Part shown: positions 1-8,340 of the stretch, in pieces
Layout of the letters: each line of letters begins with the position of its first letter
Numbering within the stretch: position 1 is the stretch's first letter
From: Cereibacter sphaeroides 2.4.1
GTDB taxonomy: Bacteria; Pseudomonadota; Alphaproteobacteria; Rhodobacterales; Rhodobacteraceae
DNA length: 32,000 bases
Assembly: GCF_000012905.2 (NCBI RefSeq)
Contig: NC_007493.2
Location: forward strand, 870,001 to 902,000
Direction: 5' to 3'
Notes under the pieces: generated by a model
Told to the model about the DNA's origin: nothing
The model's input: only the letters and a program-made list of their open reading frames with translations
The model's database searches: none
Translations under genes and position numbers: made by a program

Positions 1-298
1 CGGGCCGGGCGAGAGGCGCAGGCACGGTGGAGGGGCAGGTCAGGTGCCCCCGATGGCCTGCACCGTGCGGTGGGCAGCAACCCGGGGATGCTCCGGCTGC
101 GGGCCTCCGCGCGGCACGCCGGCCGGCACATGATCCGCCTGCTTCCACTCCGTGAAACCTTCTGCCGTGAAGTCAGTCCGAAGGGTGCGCTTGCCGCGGG
201 GGGCATTGCGGCCTAAACCACGCCGCGACAAGAGGAGGACGGGACGCATGGCATGAAGACCCACCACCCAGCTCGAGGATCGTCCGAAGTCGAGGAGG

Positions 299-2035
299 AT
301 GAGCGCGCTGCGGGGCCTCGTGCCGTTCCTCGCGCCCTACCGCAAGCTCACCTTCGGCGCGCTGGGCGCGCTCGTTCTCACCGCGATAATCAGCCTGATC
401 CTGCCGGTGACGGTCCGGCGCGTGGTCGACGGCTTCATGGAGAACAATGCGGCCCTGCTCGACCAGTATTTCGCCGCCGCCCTCTTCATTGCGGCCGCAC
501 TCGCTGCAGGCACGGGGCTGCGCTACTATCTCGTGACGCGGCTCGGCGAGCGGGTCGTGGCCGACATGCGCCGCGCGCTCTTCGACCGGATGATGGGCAT
601 GAGCCCCGCCTTCTTCGAGCGGATCATGACGGGCGAGGTGCTGTCGCGGCTCACGACCGACACGACGCTGCTTCTGTCGGTGATCGGCTCCTCGATCTCG
701 GTGGCGCTGCGCAACCTCCTGATCCTGATCGGCGGGCTGGTGCTTCTCCTGTTCACCTCGACCAAGCTCACTGGCCTCGTGATGCTGCTCGTGCCGCTCG
801 TGGTGGTGCCGATCGTCATCCTCGGCCGCAAGCTCCGCCGCCTCTCGCGCGAGAATCAGGACTGGATCGCCCAGAGTTCGGGCAATGCGTCCGAGGCGCT
901 CCTGTCGGTGCAGACGGTGCAGGCCTTCACCCACGAGCGCCAGTCGCGCGCCTTCTTCGGCGATGTGACGGAGAAGTCCTTTCTGTCGGCCAAGGACCGG
1001 ATCGGGACGCGGGCGCTGATGACGGTGATCGTGATCTTCCTCGTCTTCACCGGGATCGTGGGCGTGCTCTGGGTGGGCGCGCGCGATGTGCGCGCGGGCA
1101 CCATGACGCCGGGCGAGATGGTGCAGTTCCTCATCTATGCGGTGATGGTGGCGGGCTCGGTCGGCGCGCTCTCCGAGATCTGGAGCGAGCTGCAGCGGGC
1201 GGCGGGCGCGACCGAGCGGCTGAACGAGCTGCTGACGGCCGAGGATCCGGTGCAGGATCCGGCCACGCCGGTGGCGCTGCCGCGGCCGGTGAAGGGCGAG
1301 ATCAGCTTCGAGGGCGTGCGTTTCCGCTATCCGGCGCGGCCCGAGGTCTCGGCGCTCGACGGGATCGATCTCGTCGTGCGGCCGGGCGAGACGGTGGCGC
1401 TTGTGGGGCCGTCGGGGGCGGGCAAGACCACGATCCTCCAGCTGCTCCTGCGCTTCTACGATCCCCAGCAGGGGGCCGTGCGCATCGACGGGGTGGATCT
1501 GCGCGACATGACGCGCGACGATTTCCGCCGTGCCATCGCCCTCGTGCCGCAGGATCCGGTGATCTTCGCCACCTCCGCGCGCGAGAACATCCGCTTCGGC
1601 CGTCCCGAGGCCACGGATGCCGAGGTGGAGGCTGCGGCCCACGCCGCCGCCGCGCACGATTTCCTGAGCCTCCTGCCGCAGGGCTACGACACCTATGTGG
1701 GCGAGCGCGGCGTGATGCTCTCGGGCGGGCAGAAGCAGCGCGTGGCGCTGGCGCGGGCGATCCTGCGCGACGCGAAGATCCTGCTCCTCGATGAGGCGAC
1801 CTCGGCACTCGATGCCGAGAGCGAACGCGCCGTGCAGACCGCGGTCGAGGCGCTGGCGCAGAACCGCACGACGCTGGTGGTGGCCCACAGGCTCGCCACC
1901 GTGAAGCGCGCGGACCGGATCGTCGTCTTCGACAAGGGCCGCATCGTGGCCACCGGCACCCACGATGCGCTGGTGGCCGAGGGGGGGCTCTATGCCCGTC
2001 TCGCGCGGCTCCAGTTCACCGACGGGTCGGTCTGA
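299..2035 (+). CDS. ABC transporter, fused permease/ATP-binding protein (ABCB/MsbA-like exporter)
   Basis: 578-aa ORF. The N-terminal half is hydrophobic and multi-TM. The C-terminal NBD has Walker A GPSGAGKTT, signature LSGGQKQR, Walker B ILLLDEATSALD and H-loop VAHRL. GAGGAGG lies just upstream of the ATG at 299. Confidence 0.93.
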   Translation: MSALRGLVPFLAPYRKLTFGALGALVLTAIISLILPVTVRRVVDGFMENNAALLDQYFAAALFIAAALAAGTGLRYYLVTRLGERVVADMRRALFDRMMGMSPAFFERIMTGEVLSRLTTDTTLLLSVIGSSISVALRNLLILIGGLVLLLFTSTKLTGLVMLLVPLVVVPIVILGRKLRRLSRENQDWIAQSSGNASEALLSVQTVQAFTHERQSRAFFGDVTEKSFLSAKDRIGTRALMTVIVIFLVFTGIVGVLWVGARDVRAGTMTPGEMVQFLIYAVMVAGSVGALSEIWSELQRAAGATERLNELLTAEDPVQDPATPVALPRPVKGEISFEGVRFRYPARPEVSALDGIDLVVRPGETVALVGPSGAGKTTILQLLLRFYDPQQGAVRIDGVDLRDMTRDDFRRAIALVPQDPVIFATSARENIRFGRPEATDAEVEAAAHAAAAHDFLSLLPQGYDTYVGERGVMLSGGQKQRVALARAILRDAKILLLDEATSALDAESERAVQTAVEALAQNRTTLVVAHRLATVKRADRIVVFDKGRIVATGTHDALVAEGGLYARLARLQFTDGSV

Positions 2036-2140
2036 CGTTGCGTTTGTCGCGGGCGGGTGCCTTGCCGTGCGCGACAAAAGACCCCATCGTTCCGACCAAT
2101 AAAGGGGTTTCCGGGGAACGGGAGCCGGGAGGAGGAAGAT

Positions 2141-4030
2141 ATGGGGAGTTTCGCCTGCGCCGCCGATCTCAGGGCGATCGGGGCTGAAGGGGCGTGGGCG
2201 GATCTCGGGACGCCGCGCACCATGCACCGGTTTCTGGGCCGGGCCGCGGCCGAACATGGCGACCGGCCGGCGGTGAGCTTCCAGCTCCTGTCCGCGCCGA
2301 AGAGCCGGGCCGAGACGCTGAGCTGGAGCCAGCTGCACCGCCGCGTGACGCAGGCCGCCAACCTTTTCCGCAGCCTCGGCGTGGGCGAGCGCGACGTGGT
2401 GGCCTTTGTGCTGCCGAACTGCACCGAGACGGCGGTGACGCTTCTCGGCGGCGCGGTGGCGGGGATCGTCAATCCTATCAATCCGCTGCTCGAGGCCGAC
2501 CAGATCGCGGCCATCCTGCGCGAGACGAAGGCGCGGGTCGTGGTGACCTTGCGCGCCTTTCCGAAGACCGACGTCGCCCAGAAGGTGGCCGAGGCGGTGC
2601 GCCATGCGCCCGAGGTGCGCACGGTGCTCGAGGTCGATCTCTTGCGCTACCTCGGGCCGCCGAAGAGCCTGATCGTGCCGCTGATCCGGCCGAAGCTGAA
2701 GCCCGCGCATCACGCCCGGGTGCTTTCGTTCAACGCGGAGCTTGACCGACAGCCCGCGACGCTGGCCTTCCCCGATCCCGAGATCGACCGGGTGGCGGCC
2801 TATTTCCACACCGGCGGCACCACCGGCATGCCGAAGGTGGCCCAGCACAAGGTATCGGGCATGATCTACAACGGCTGGTGCGGGCAGCGTCTGCTGTTCC
2901 AGCCGACCGACACCGTGATGTGTCCGCTGCCGCTGTTCCATGTCTTCGCGGCCTATCCGATTCTGATGTCGATGATCGCGAGCGGGGCGCATGTGGTCTT
3001 TCCGACGCCCGCGGGCTACCGAGGCGAGGGGGTCTTCGACAATCTGTGGAAGCTGATTGAGCGCTGGCGCTGCACCTATCTGGTGACGGTGCCCACGGCG
3101 CTCGCCGCGCTGATGCAGCGCCCCATCGATGCCGACGTGAGCTCGCTCCGCGGGGCCTTCTCGGGCTCTGCGCCGCTGCCGGTCGAGCTTTTCAACCGGT
3201 TCGAGAAGGCCACGGGCGTGCAGATTGTCGAGGGCTACGGGCTGACCGAATGCACCTGTCTCGTCTCGGTCAATCCGCCGGAGGGGGCGAAGAAGATCGG
3301 CTCGGTCGGGCTGCCGTTCCCGCACACCCATGTCCGCATCCTCCATTCCAACGGCAGCGGTCATGTGCTGAAGGAATGCGGCGTGGACGAGGTGGGCGAG
3401 ATCTGCGTGGCCAATCCGGGAGTCTACGAGGGTTCGACCTACACGGAGCTCGACAAGAACCACGGGCTTTTCGCCGAGGACCGGTTCCTGCGCACGGGCG
3501 ATCTCGGGCGCCTCGATGCCGAGGGCTATCTCTTCATCACCGGTCGCGCCAAGGACCTCATCATCCGGGGCGGGCACAATATCGACCCGGCCGGGATCGA
3601 GGCGGCGCTGATGAGCCATCCGGCGGTGAGTTTCGTCGGCGCCATCGGCCAGCCCGACGCCTTCGCGGGCGAGCTGCCCTGCGCCTATGTGGAGCTGGTG
3701 CAAGGGGCCGAGGTCGAGACGGCGGCGCTCTTCGATCATGCCCGGGCCCATATCCACGAACGGGCGGCCGTGCCGAAACATATCGAGATCCTGCCCGAAC
3801 TGCCCAAGACGGCGGTGGGCAAGGTGTTCAAGCCCGACCTGCGCCGCCTCGCCATCGCGCGGGTCTACGATGCGGCGCTGGCCTCTGCCGGGCTCCCCGT
3901 CCGTGTGGCCGAGGTTGTCGAGGATCGCAAGCGCGGCCTCGTGGCGCGGCTGGAACGGGCGGGCGAGGTGGATGAGGAGCGGCTGGCCCATGTGCTCGGG
4001 GAATATACAAGGCCGTGGGAGTGGGCCTGA
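2141..4030 (+). CDS. Acyl-CoA synthetase / AMP-dependent synthetase-ligase
   Basis: Adenylate-forming motifs YFHTGGTTGMPK, EGYGLTE, TGDLGRLDAEGYLFITGRAKDLIIRGGHNI and PKTAVGKVFK. I chose the ATG at 2141, which is preceded by GGAGGAGGAAG, rather than the first ATG of the track ORF at 2057. Confidence 0.9.
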   Translation: MGSFACAADLRAIGAEGAWADLGTPRTMHRFLGRAAAEHGDRPAVSFQLLSAPKSRAETLSWSQLHRRVTQAANLFRSLGVGERDVVAFVLPNCTETAVTLLGGAVAGIVNPINPLLEADQIAAILRETKARVVVTLRAFPKTDVAQKVAEAVRHAPEVRTVLEVDLLRYLGPPKSLIVPLIRPKLKPAHHARVLSFNAELDRQPATLAFPDPEIDRVAAYFHTGGTTGMPKVAQHKVSGMIYNGWCGQRLLFQPTDTVMCPLPLFHVFAAYPILMSMIASGAHVVFPTPAGYRGEGVFDNLWKLIERWRCTYLVTVPTALAALMQRPIDADVSSLRGAFSGSAPLPVELFNRFEKATGVQIVEGYGLTECTCLVSVNPPEGAKKIGSVGLPFPHTHVRILHSNGSGHVLKECGVDEVGEICVANPGVYEGSTYTELDKNHGLFAEDRFLRTGDLGRLDAEGYLFITGRAKDLIIRGGHNIDPAGIEAALMSHPAVSFVGAIGQPDAFAGELPCAYVELVQGAEVETAALFDHARAHIHERAAVPKHIEILPELPKTAVGKVFKPDLRRLAIARVYDAALASAGLPVRVAEVVEDRKRGLVARLERAGEVDEERLAHVLGEYTRPWEWA

Positions 4031-4070
4031 GCGCGTGCCCTCGGCGGGAGGCACCGGGGGCCGCCGGCGC

Positions 4071-4122
4071 GCGGGGGCTGTCTGCCCCCGCACCCCCGAG
4101 GATATTTGGGCAGAGTGAATGG
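4071..4122 (+). repeat. Dispersed element copy 1: 7-bp GC hairpin + ACCCCCGAGGATATTTGGGCAGAGTGAATGG
   Basis: Stem GCGGGGG, loop ctgtctg, stem CCCCCGC, followed by the conserved tail. It aligns with the copies at 15231-15284 and 21127-21180, same orientation. It sits about 40 nt after the acyl-CoA synthetase stop. Confidence 0.8.
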
Positions 4123-4402
4123 CGGGTGGGGCAGCCCCGCCGGGGCCGTCTGATTGCCGGGCTCGGGGCGGGCGGATGCGGGGGTGCGGCTGGCCGGCGG
4201 CTGGGGCCCGGAGCCTGTCGGCCGTGGCGGCCGGAACGCCCGGACGTCAGGGGTCCCGGGGTGCGGGCGGTCCGCTGACGGGGAAGAGCGGTGCCGGGGG
4301 CGTCGCGGCGCGGAGCGGATCGGGGGTGGGGCCGGCCGGACGGGCGCCATCGAGCGGAGACGGCGCGTCGTCGGGGGGGCGGTGACCGGACCCGCCCGGT
4401 CG

Positions 4403-4840
4403 TCAGGTCTCCATCCAGATCGTGACGGGGCCGTCGTTCAGGAGGCGCACCTTCATGTCGGCGCCGAAGCGACCGGTGGCGGTGGGGATGCCACAGGCCG
4501 CGATCTCGGCGGCGAAATGGCGGTAGAGGCGCTCGCCGTCGGCGGGAGGGGCGGCCGCCGAGAAGCCGGGACGGTTGCCGCGGCTGGTGTCGGCCGCGAG
4601 CGTGAACTGGCTCACCACCAGCGCGGCGCCGCCCGTGTCGCGGACCGAGCGGTTCATCTTGCCGGCCTCGTCCCTGAAGATCCGCAGCTTGGCGATACGG
4701 GCCGCCAGCGCGCTGGCCTGGGCCTCGCCGTCGCCCTGCATGGCGCAGACGAGGATCAGGAGGCCCGGGCCGATCTCGCCCAGAAGCTCGCCCTCGACGG
4801 TGACGGAGGCCTCGCTTACCCGCTGAATCAGGGCGCGCAT
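4403..4840 (-). CDS. dtd: D-aminoacyl-tRNA deacylase
   Basis: 145 aa, starting MRALIQRV, with the SQFTLAADT and NDGPVT motifs typical of Dtd. The start overlaps the upstream stop (TGATG). Confidence 0.93.
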
Positions 4841-5760
4841 CAGAGCTCGTCCACCCAGGGCGGGTTGGCGCCCGGCCGCGAAACGGTGACCGCCGCGGCC
4901 CGCGTGCCGAGCGCGAGGGCCGCGGCGAGGGTTTCAGGGGAGAGGGACGCCACTGCCGACCTGGACAGCGCACCCGCCTCGTGCAGCGCGGCCAGAACGC
5001 CTGCGTTGAACGTGTCGCCCGCGCCCACCGTGTCGGCCACCTGCACCGGCGTTGCGGCGCAGAACCGGTCTTCCGTGGCGGTGACGGCGCGCGCGCCCAC
5101 CGCGCCCTCCGTCACGAGGACGAGCTTCGGGCCGCGGGCCAGGAGGCCGCGGGCGAGGGACAGGATCTGTCCCGGCCCCTCGAGCCAGTGCAGATCCTCG
5201 TCCGAGAGCTTCAGGATGTCGGCCAGCGCGATCATCCGGCCGATCCGGGCGCGGTAGGCCGCCGCATCGGCGATGAAGCCCGGGCGGATGTTCGGATCGA
5301 GCATGGTCACGCGGCGCGGCGCCTCGCGCGCCATCAGCGCCTCGTAGGTGGCGGCCGCAGGCTCGTTCACCAGCGAGATGCCGCCGAAGAAGAGCGTGCT
5401 CACCCGGTCGGGCAGGGCGGGCAGGTCGGCCGGGGCCAGAAGCCGGCCGGCGGTGTTCTCGTCGTAGAAGGCGTAGCTCGCCTGCCCGTTCGTGAGCCGC
5501 ACGAAGGCGAGCGTGGTCGGCCGGTCCGAGCGGGCGCAGAGATCGGTCTCGACCTGGCTTGCGGCCAGCGTCTCGGCGAGCTGCACCCCGAAGAGATCGG
5601 TCGAGAGGCCCGAGAAGAAGCCCGCGGGCGCGCCGAGCCGCCCGAGCGCGATGGCCGTGTTGAAGACGGCCCCGCCCGCATAGGGCGCGAAGGCCGCCTC
5701 TCCTGCCGTCGTCTCGCGGGGGAGCATGTCGATCAGGGCCTCGCCACAGCAGAGGATCAT
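4840..5760 (-). CDS. PfkB-family carbohydrate kinase (fructokinase-like)
   Basis: 306 aa, with N-terminus [12 protein letters not shown] and PfkB signature [12 protein letters not shown] near the C-terminus. Confidence 0.88.
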
Positions 5761-5773
5761 GGCCGTCTCCCGG

Positions 5774-6733
5774 TCAGCGGGTGAAGTGGGGCGCGAGGTT
5801 CGCCCGGATCCGCTCGAGCGGCGTGGCGCCCGAGAGATCGGGCTCGAAGGGCCGGCCGGTGATCGTCTCGAAGGCCTCGATATAGACCTCGGAGGTGCGG
5901 CGGATCATCTCGTCGGGGATCTCGGGGATCGGATCGCGGTAGGGGTCGCAGCGCGCGGCGACCCAGGCGCGGATCACGTCCTTGTCGAAGGACGGCGGGC
6001 GCTGGCCGGTGCGGAAGGCCTCCTCATAGCCCGAGGCGATCCAGTAGCGGCTCGAATCCGGCGTGTGGATCTCGTCGGCGATGAGGATCCGGCCCTCCTC
6101 GTCGAGGCCGAATTCGTATTTCGTGTCGACGAGGATCAGGCCGCGCTCGGCCGCCATCGCCTGTCCGCGTGCGAAGAGCGCGAGGGCCTTGGCCGAGACC
6201 TCGTCCCACTGGGCGCGGGTGAGAAGCCCCTGCGCCACGATCTCGGCCTCGGTCAGAGGCTCGTCATGACCGCCGTCGAAGGCCTTCGAGGTGGGGGTGA
6301 TGAGGGGTGCGGGCAGCACCTCGTTGTCGCGGAGCCCGTCGGGCAGGCGGTGGCCGTACATCTCGCGCACGCCCTGCTTGTAGAGCGTGAGCACCGAAGT
6401 GCCGGTGGTGCCCGCGAGATAGCCGCGCACCACCACTTCGACCGGAAGGATCGTCACGCGCCTGGCCAGCACCACGTTCGGGTCGGGGTAGGAGAGCACA
6501 TGGTTCGGACAGATGTCGGAGGTGGCGTCGAACCAGAAGCGCGCGGTCTGGGTCAGCACCTGCCCCTTGAACGGGATCGCCGCGAGGATGCGGTCGAAGG
6601 CCGAGATCCGGTCCGACGAGATCAGGAGCCGCCGCCCGTCGGGCAGGTCGTAGCAGTCGCGGACCTTGCCGTAATAGGGATCGGGAAGCTCGGGGATATG
6701 CGCCTCGGGAAGGACGCGGGAGAGGTCGGGCAT
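5774..6733 (-). CDS. purC: Phosphoribosylaminoimidazole-succinocarboxamide (SAICAR) synthase, long form
   Basis: 319 aa. It has the SAICAR synthetase core [11 protein letters not shown] and GKVRDCYDL near the N-terminus. GGAGG lies 4 nt before the ATG. Confidence 0.9.
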   Translation of the reverse strand: MPDLSRVLPEAHIPELPDPYYGKVRDCYDLPDGRRLLISSDRISAFDRILAAIPFKGQVLTQTARFWFDATSDICPNHVLSYPDPNVVLARRVTILPVEVVVRGYLAGTTGTSVLTLYKQGVREMYGHRLPDGLRDNEVLPAPLITPTSKAFDGGHDEPLTEAEIVAQGLLTRAQWDEVSAKALALFARGQAMAAERGLILVDTKYEFGLDEEGRILIADEIHTPDSSRYWIASGYEEAFRTGQRPPSFDKDVIRAWVAARCDPYRDPIPEIPDEMIRRTSEVYIEAFETITGRPFEPDLSGATPLERIRANLAPHFTR

Positions 6734-6757
6734 GGGGCCTCCGCTGCTGGTGCGGGC

Positions 6758-6786
6758 TCTATCTGCCCCACGGGTCCGTCTGTCAA
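6758..6786 (-). promoter_or_regulatory. Candidate sigma70-type promoter for purC
   Basis: On the minus strand: TTGACA (6786-6781), a 17-nt spacer, then GATAGA (6763-6758). This lies about 25 nt upstream of the purC ATG, in the 66-nt gap after the DedA stop. The -35 is perfect; the -10 is weak. Confidence 0.3.
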
Positions 6787-6799
6787 CGGGGAAGGGGCC

Positions 6800-7237
6800 T
6801 CAGCCCGCCACGGCGGAGAAGCCCGCGGCGAGAAGCGCGTAGCGCGCGGCCTTGCCGAGACCCACGAGGAGGAGGAAGGGCCAGAAGCCCACCTTAAGCA
6901 TGCCGGCGGCCACCGTCAGCGGATCGCCCACCACCGGCACCCAGGCGAAGAGGAGCGACCAGAGCCCCCAGCGGCGGTAGCCCCGCTCGGCGCGGGCGAG
7001 GGCGGCCGCGGAGACGGGAAACCAGCGGCGGTCGCGGAAGCGGATGAGGAACCGCCCCAGCGCCCAGTTGACGAGCGAGCCCGCGAGATTGGCGGCCGTG
7101 GCCACCGCCACGAGCGGCGCTGCGGGCTCTCCGGCGGCCAGAAGGGTCAGCAGGAGCGCCTCGGAGGAGCCGGGCAGCAGGGTCGCCGAGGCGAAGGCGC
7201 TGAGCGCGAGCAGGAGGACCGCGGAGAGGCCGTCCAC
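6800..7237 (-). CDS. DedA/YqaA-family small inner-membrane protein
   Basis: 145 aa and highly hydrophobic with about 4 TM segments. The pattern LPGSSEALLL ... WGLWSLLFAWVPVVGDPLTVAAG is typical of YqaA/DedA (SNARE-associated) proteins. Confidence 0.8.
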   Translation of the reverse strand: MDGLSAVLLLALSAFASATLLPGSSEALLLTLLAAGEPAAPLVAVATAANLAGSLVNWALGRFLIRFRDRRWFPVSAAALARAERGYRRWGLWSLLFAWVPVVGDPLTVAAGMLKVGFWPFLLLVGLGKAARYALLAAGFSAVAG

Positions 7238-7241
7238 CGGA

Positions 7242-8339
7242 TCAGCGCGCCTGCGAGATATAGGCCGCGATCCCGGCTGCGATCAGCCCGAGCAGGACCG
7301 CGAAGGCGATCTTCCAGGCCGACCAGGGCCGCTCGCCCTGCACGCGGCCGGTCTGGCCATTGACCACGAAGCGGTAGCTCTTGCCGCCGTAGCGGTAGGC
7401 CGCCATCCAGACCGGCAGCAGCACATGCTTGAAGGTCTCGCGGTCGTAGGCGGTCTCGACCTGGCCCACCCGCTGCTCGTCGCCGCCGATGTCGCGCGCC
7501 ACGTCGCCCCGGATCGTGCGCGCCATGATCTCCTGCGCGCGGGACCAGCCCTCCGGCAGCCCGACCGTGTAGCCCTCGGCGGTGAAGCCCGCGAGCCAGT
7601 CGGCGCGGTAGGGCTCGAGCGCCGACAGGTCCCACGGTTCGAGCGCCTCGGTATAGTGGCGCGGAAGGCTCTGCGAGGCGAGCACCAGCACATCGTCGAA
7701 CTCGCGCGCGACGCGGCCCGAGACCGGGGTCCAGCGGATCTGGCGCACGCGTTCGGTGCGCCGCTGCGGGCGGCCGTTCACCTCGACCGTGACGGTGCGG
7801 GTCGTGTAATAGGCGTCGCCCCGCTGGCCGGTGTAGCGGCTGCGGGTGGCGGCGTCGAAGGTCCAGTAGGGGACATAGAGGCCCGAGAGCGCACGGCCCT
7901 TGCGGGCATATTGCACGAGCCCGTTCGGCGCGAACCAGAGCCGGCCCAGCCAGTCGGTCATCGCCTGACGCGCCTCGCGCTCGGTCAGGCGAAAGGGGAT
8001 GACGGCCTGCGGCTTCAGCAGCCGGGTCTCGCCGGTGCCCGCCACCACGGGCGTGGCGCAGAAGGGGCACTGGGTCGCGTGGGTCGCGCCCTCGAACTCG
8101 ACCAGCGCGCCGCAGGAGGGGCAGGGGGTCGTGCGCACCTGCTCCGAGGCCGAGGCGGGCAGCCTGTCGGCCAGCGCGGCATGGAGGTCGAGCTCGCCCA
8201 TGCCGCGGCGGTCGGTGGGGGCGGTCGCGGGGATCTCCTGCACATGTCCGCAATGGTCGCAGACGAGCCGGGTCTGCCCCGGCGCAAAGCGGAGATCGGC
8301 CCCGCAGCTTTCGCAGGGCCAGTGCCGGACGTCCTGCAC
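7242..8339 (-). CDS. Double zinc-ribbon membrane-anchored protein (YdjG-like; often annotated as primosomal-N'-like)
   Basis: 365 aa. There are two CxxC...CxxC ribbons (CESCG..CDHCG and CPSCG..CPFC), a central beta-rich domain and a single C-terminal TM (IAFAVLLGLIAAGIAAY). The start lies 1 nt after the stop of the SPFH gene. Confidence 0.8.
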   Translation of the reverse strand: MQDVRHWPCESCGADLRFAPGQTRLVCDHCGHVQEIPATAPTDRRGMGELDLHAALADRLPASASEQVRTTPCPSCGALVEFEGATHATQCPFCATPVVAGTGETRLLKPQAVIPFRLTEREARQAMTDWLGRLWFAPNGLVQYARKGRALSGLYVPYWTFDAATRSRYTGQRGDAYYTTRTVTVEVNGRPQRRTERVRQIRWTPVSGRVAREFDDVLVLASQSLPRHYTEALEPWDLSALEPYRADWLAGFTAEGYTVGLPEGWSRAQEIMARTIRGDVARDIGGDEQRVGQVETAYDRETFKHVLLPVWMAAYRYGGKSYRFVVNGQTGRVQGERPWSAWKIAFAVLLGLIAAGIAAYISQAR

Positions 8340-8340
8340 C

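Noticed and set aside
40-267. 75-aa minus-strand ORF at the left edge, divergent from the exporter
   Set aside because: Third-position G/C is moderate, there is no clear RBS at either ATG (267 or 249), and I recognise no motif. A + strand frame that is open from the window edge and stops at 214-216 competes for the same DNA. This cannot be resolved from the sequence alone, so I do not report it as a feature.
173-4093. 1306-aa ORF on the minus strand spanning the exporter and the acyl-CoA synthetase
   Set aside because: It is antisense to two genes with clear catalytic motifs. The product is Arg/Pro/His/Gly-rich with no recognisable domain. This is the usual long open antisense frame of a high-G+C genome.
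4159-4184. G-quadruplex motif GGG-N3-GGGG-N1-GGG-N7-GGGGG as a specific functional element
   Set aside because: G-runs of this kind are expected by chance in such G-rich sequence. I mention it only as part of the G-skewed spacer finding.
4119-4385. 88-aa Gly-rich ORF in the G-skewed spacer
   Set aside because: G/C content is as high at second codon positions as at third positions, unlike real genes here. There is no convincing RBS. I treat it as non-coding.
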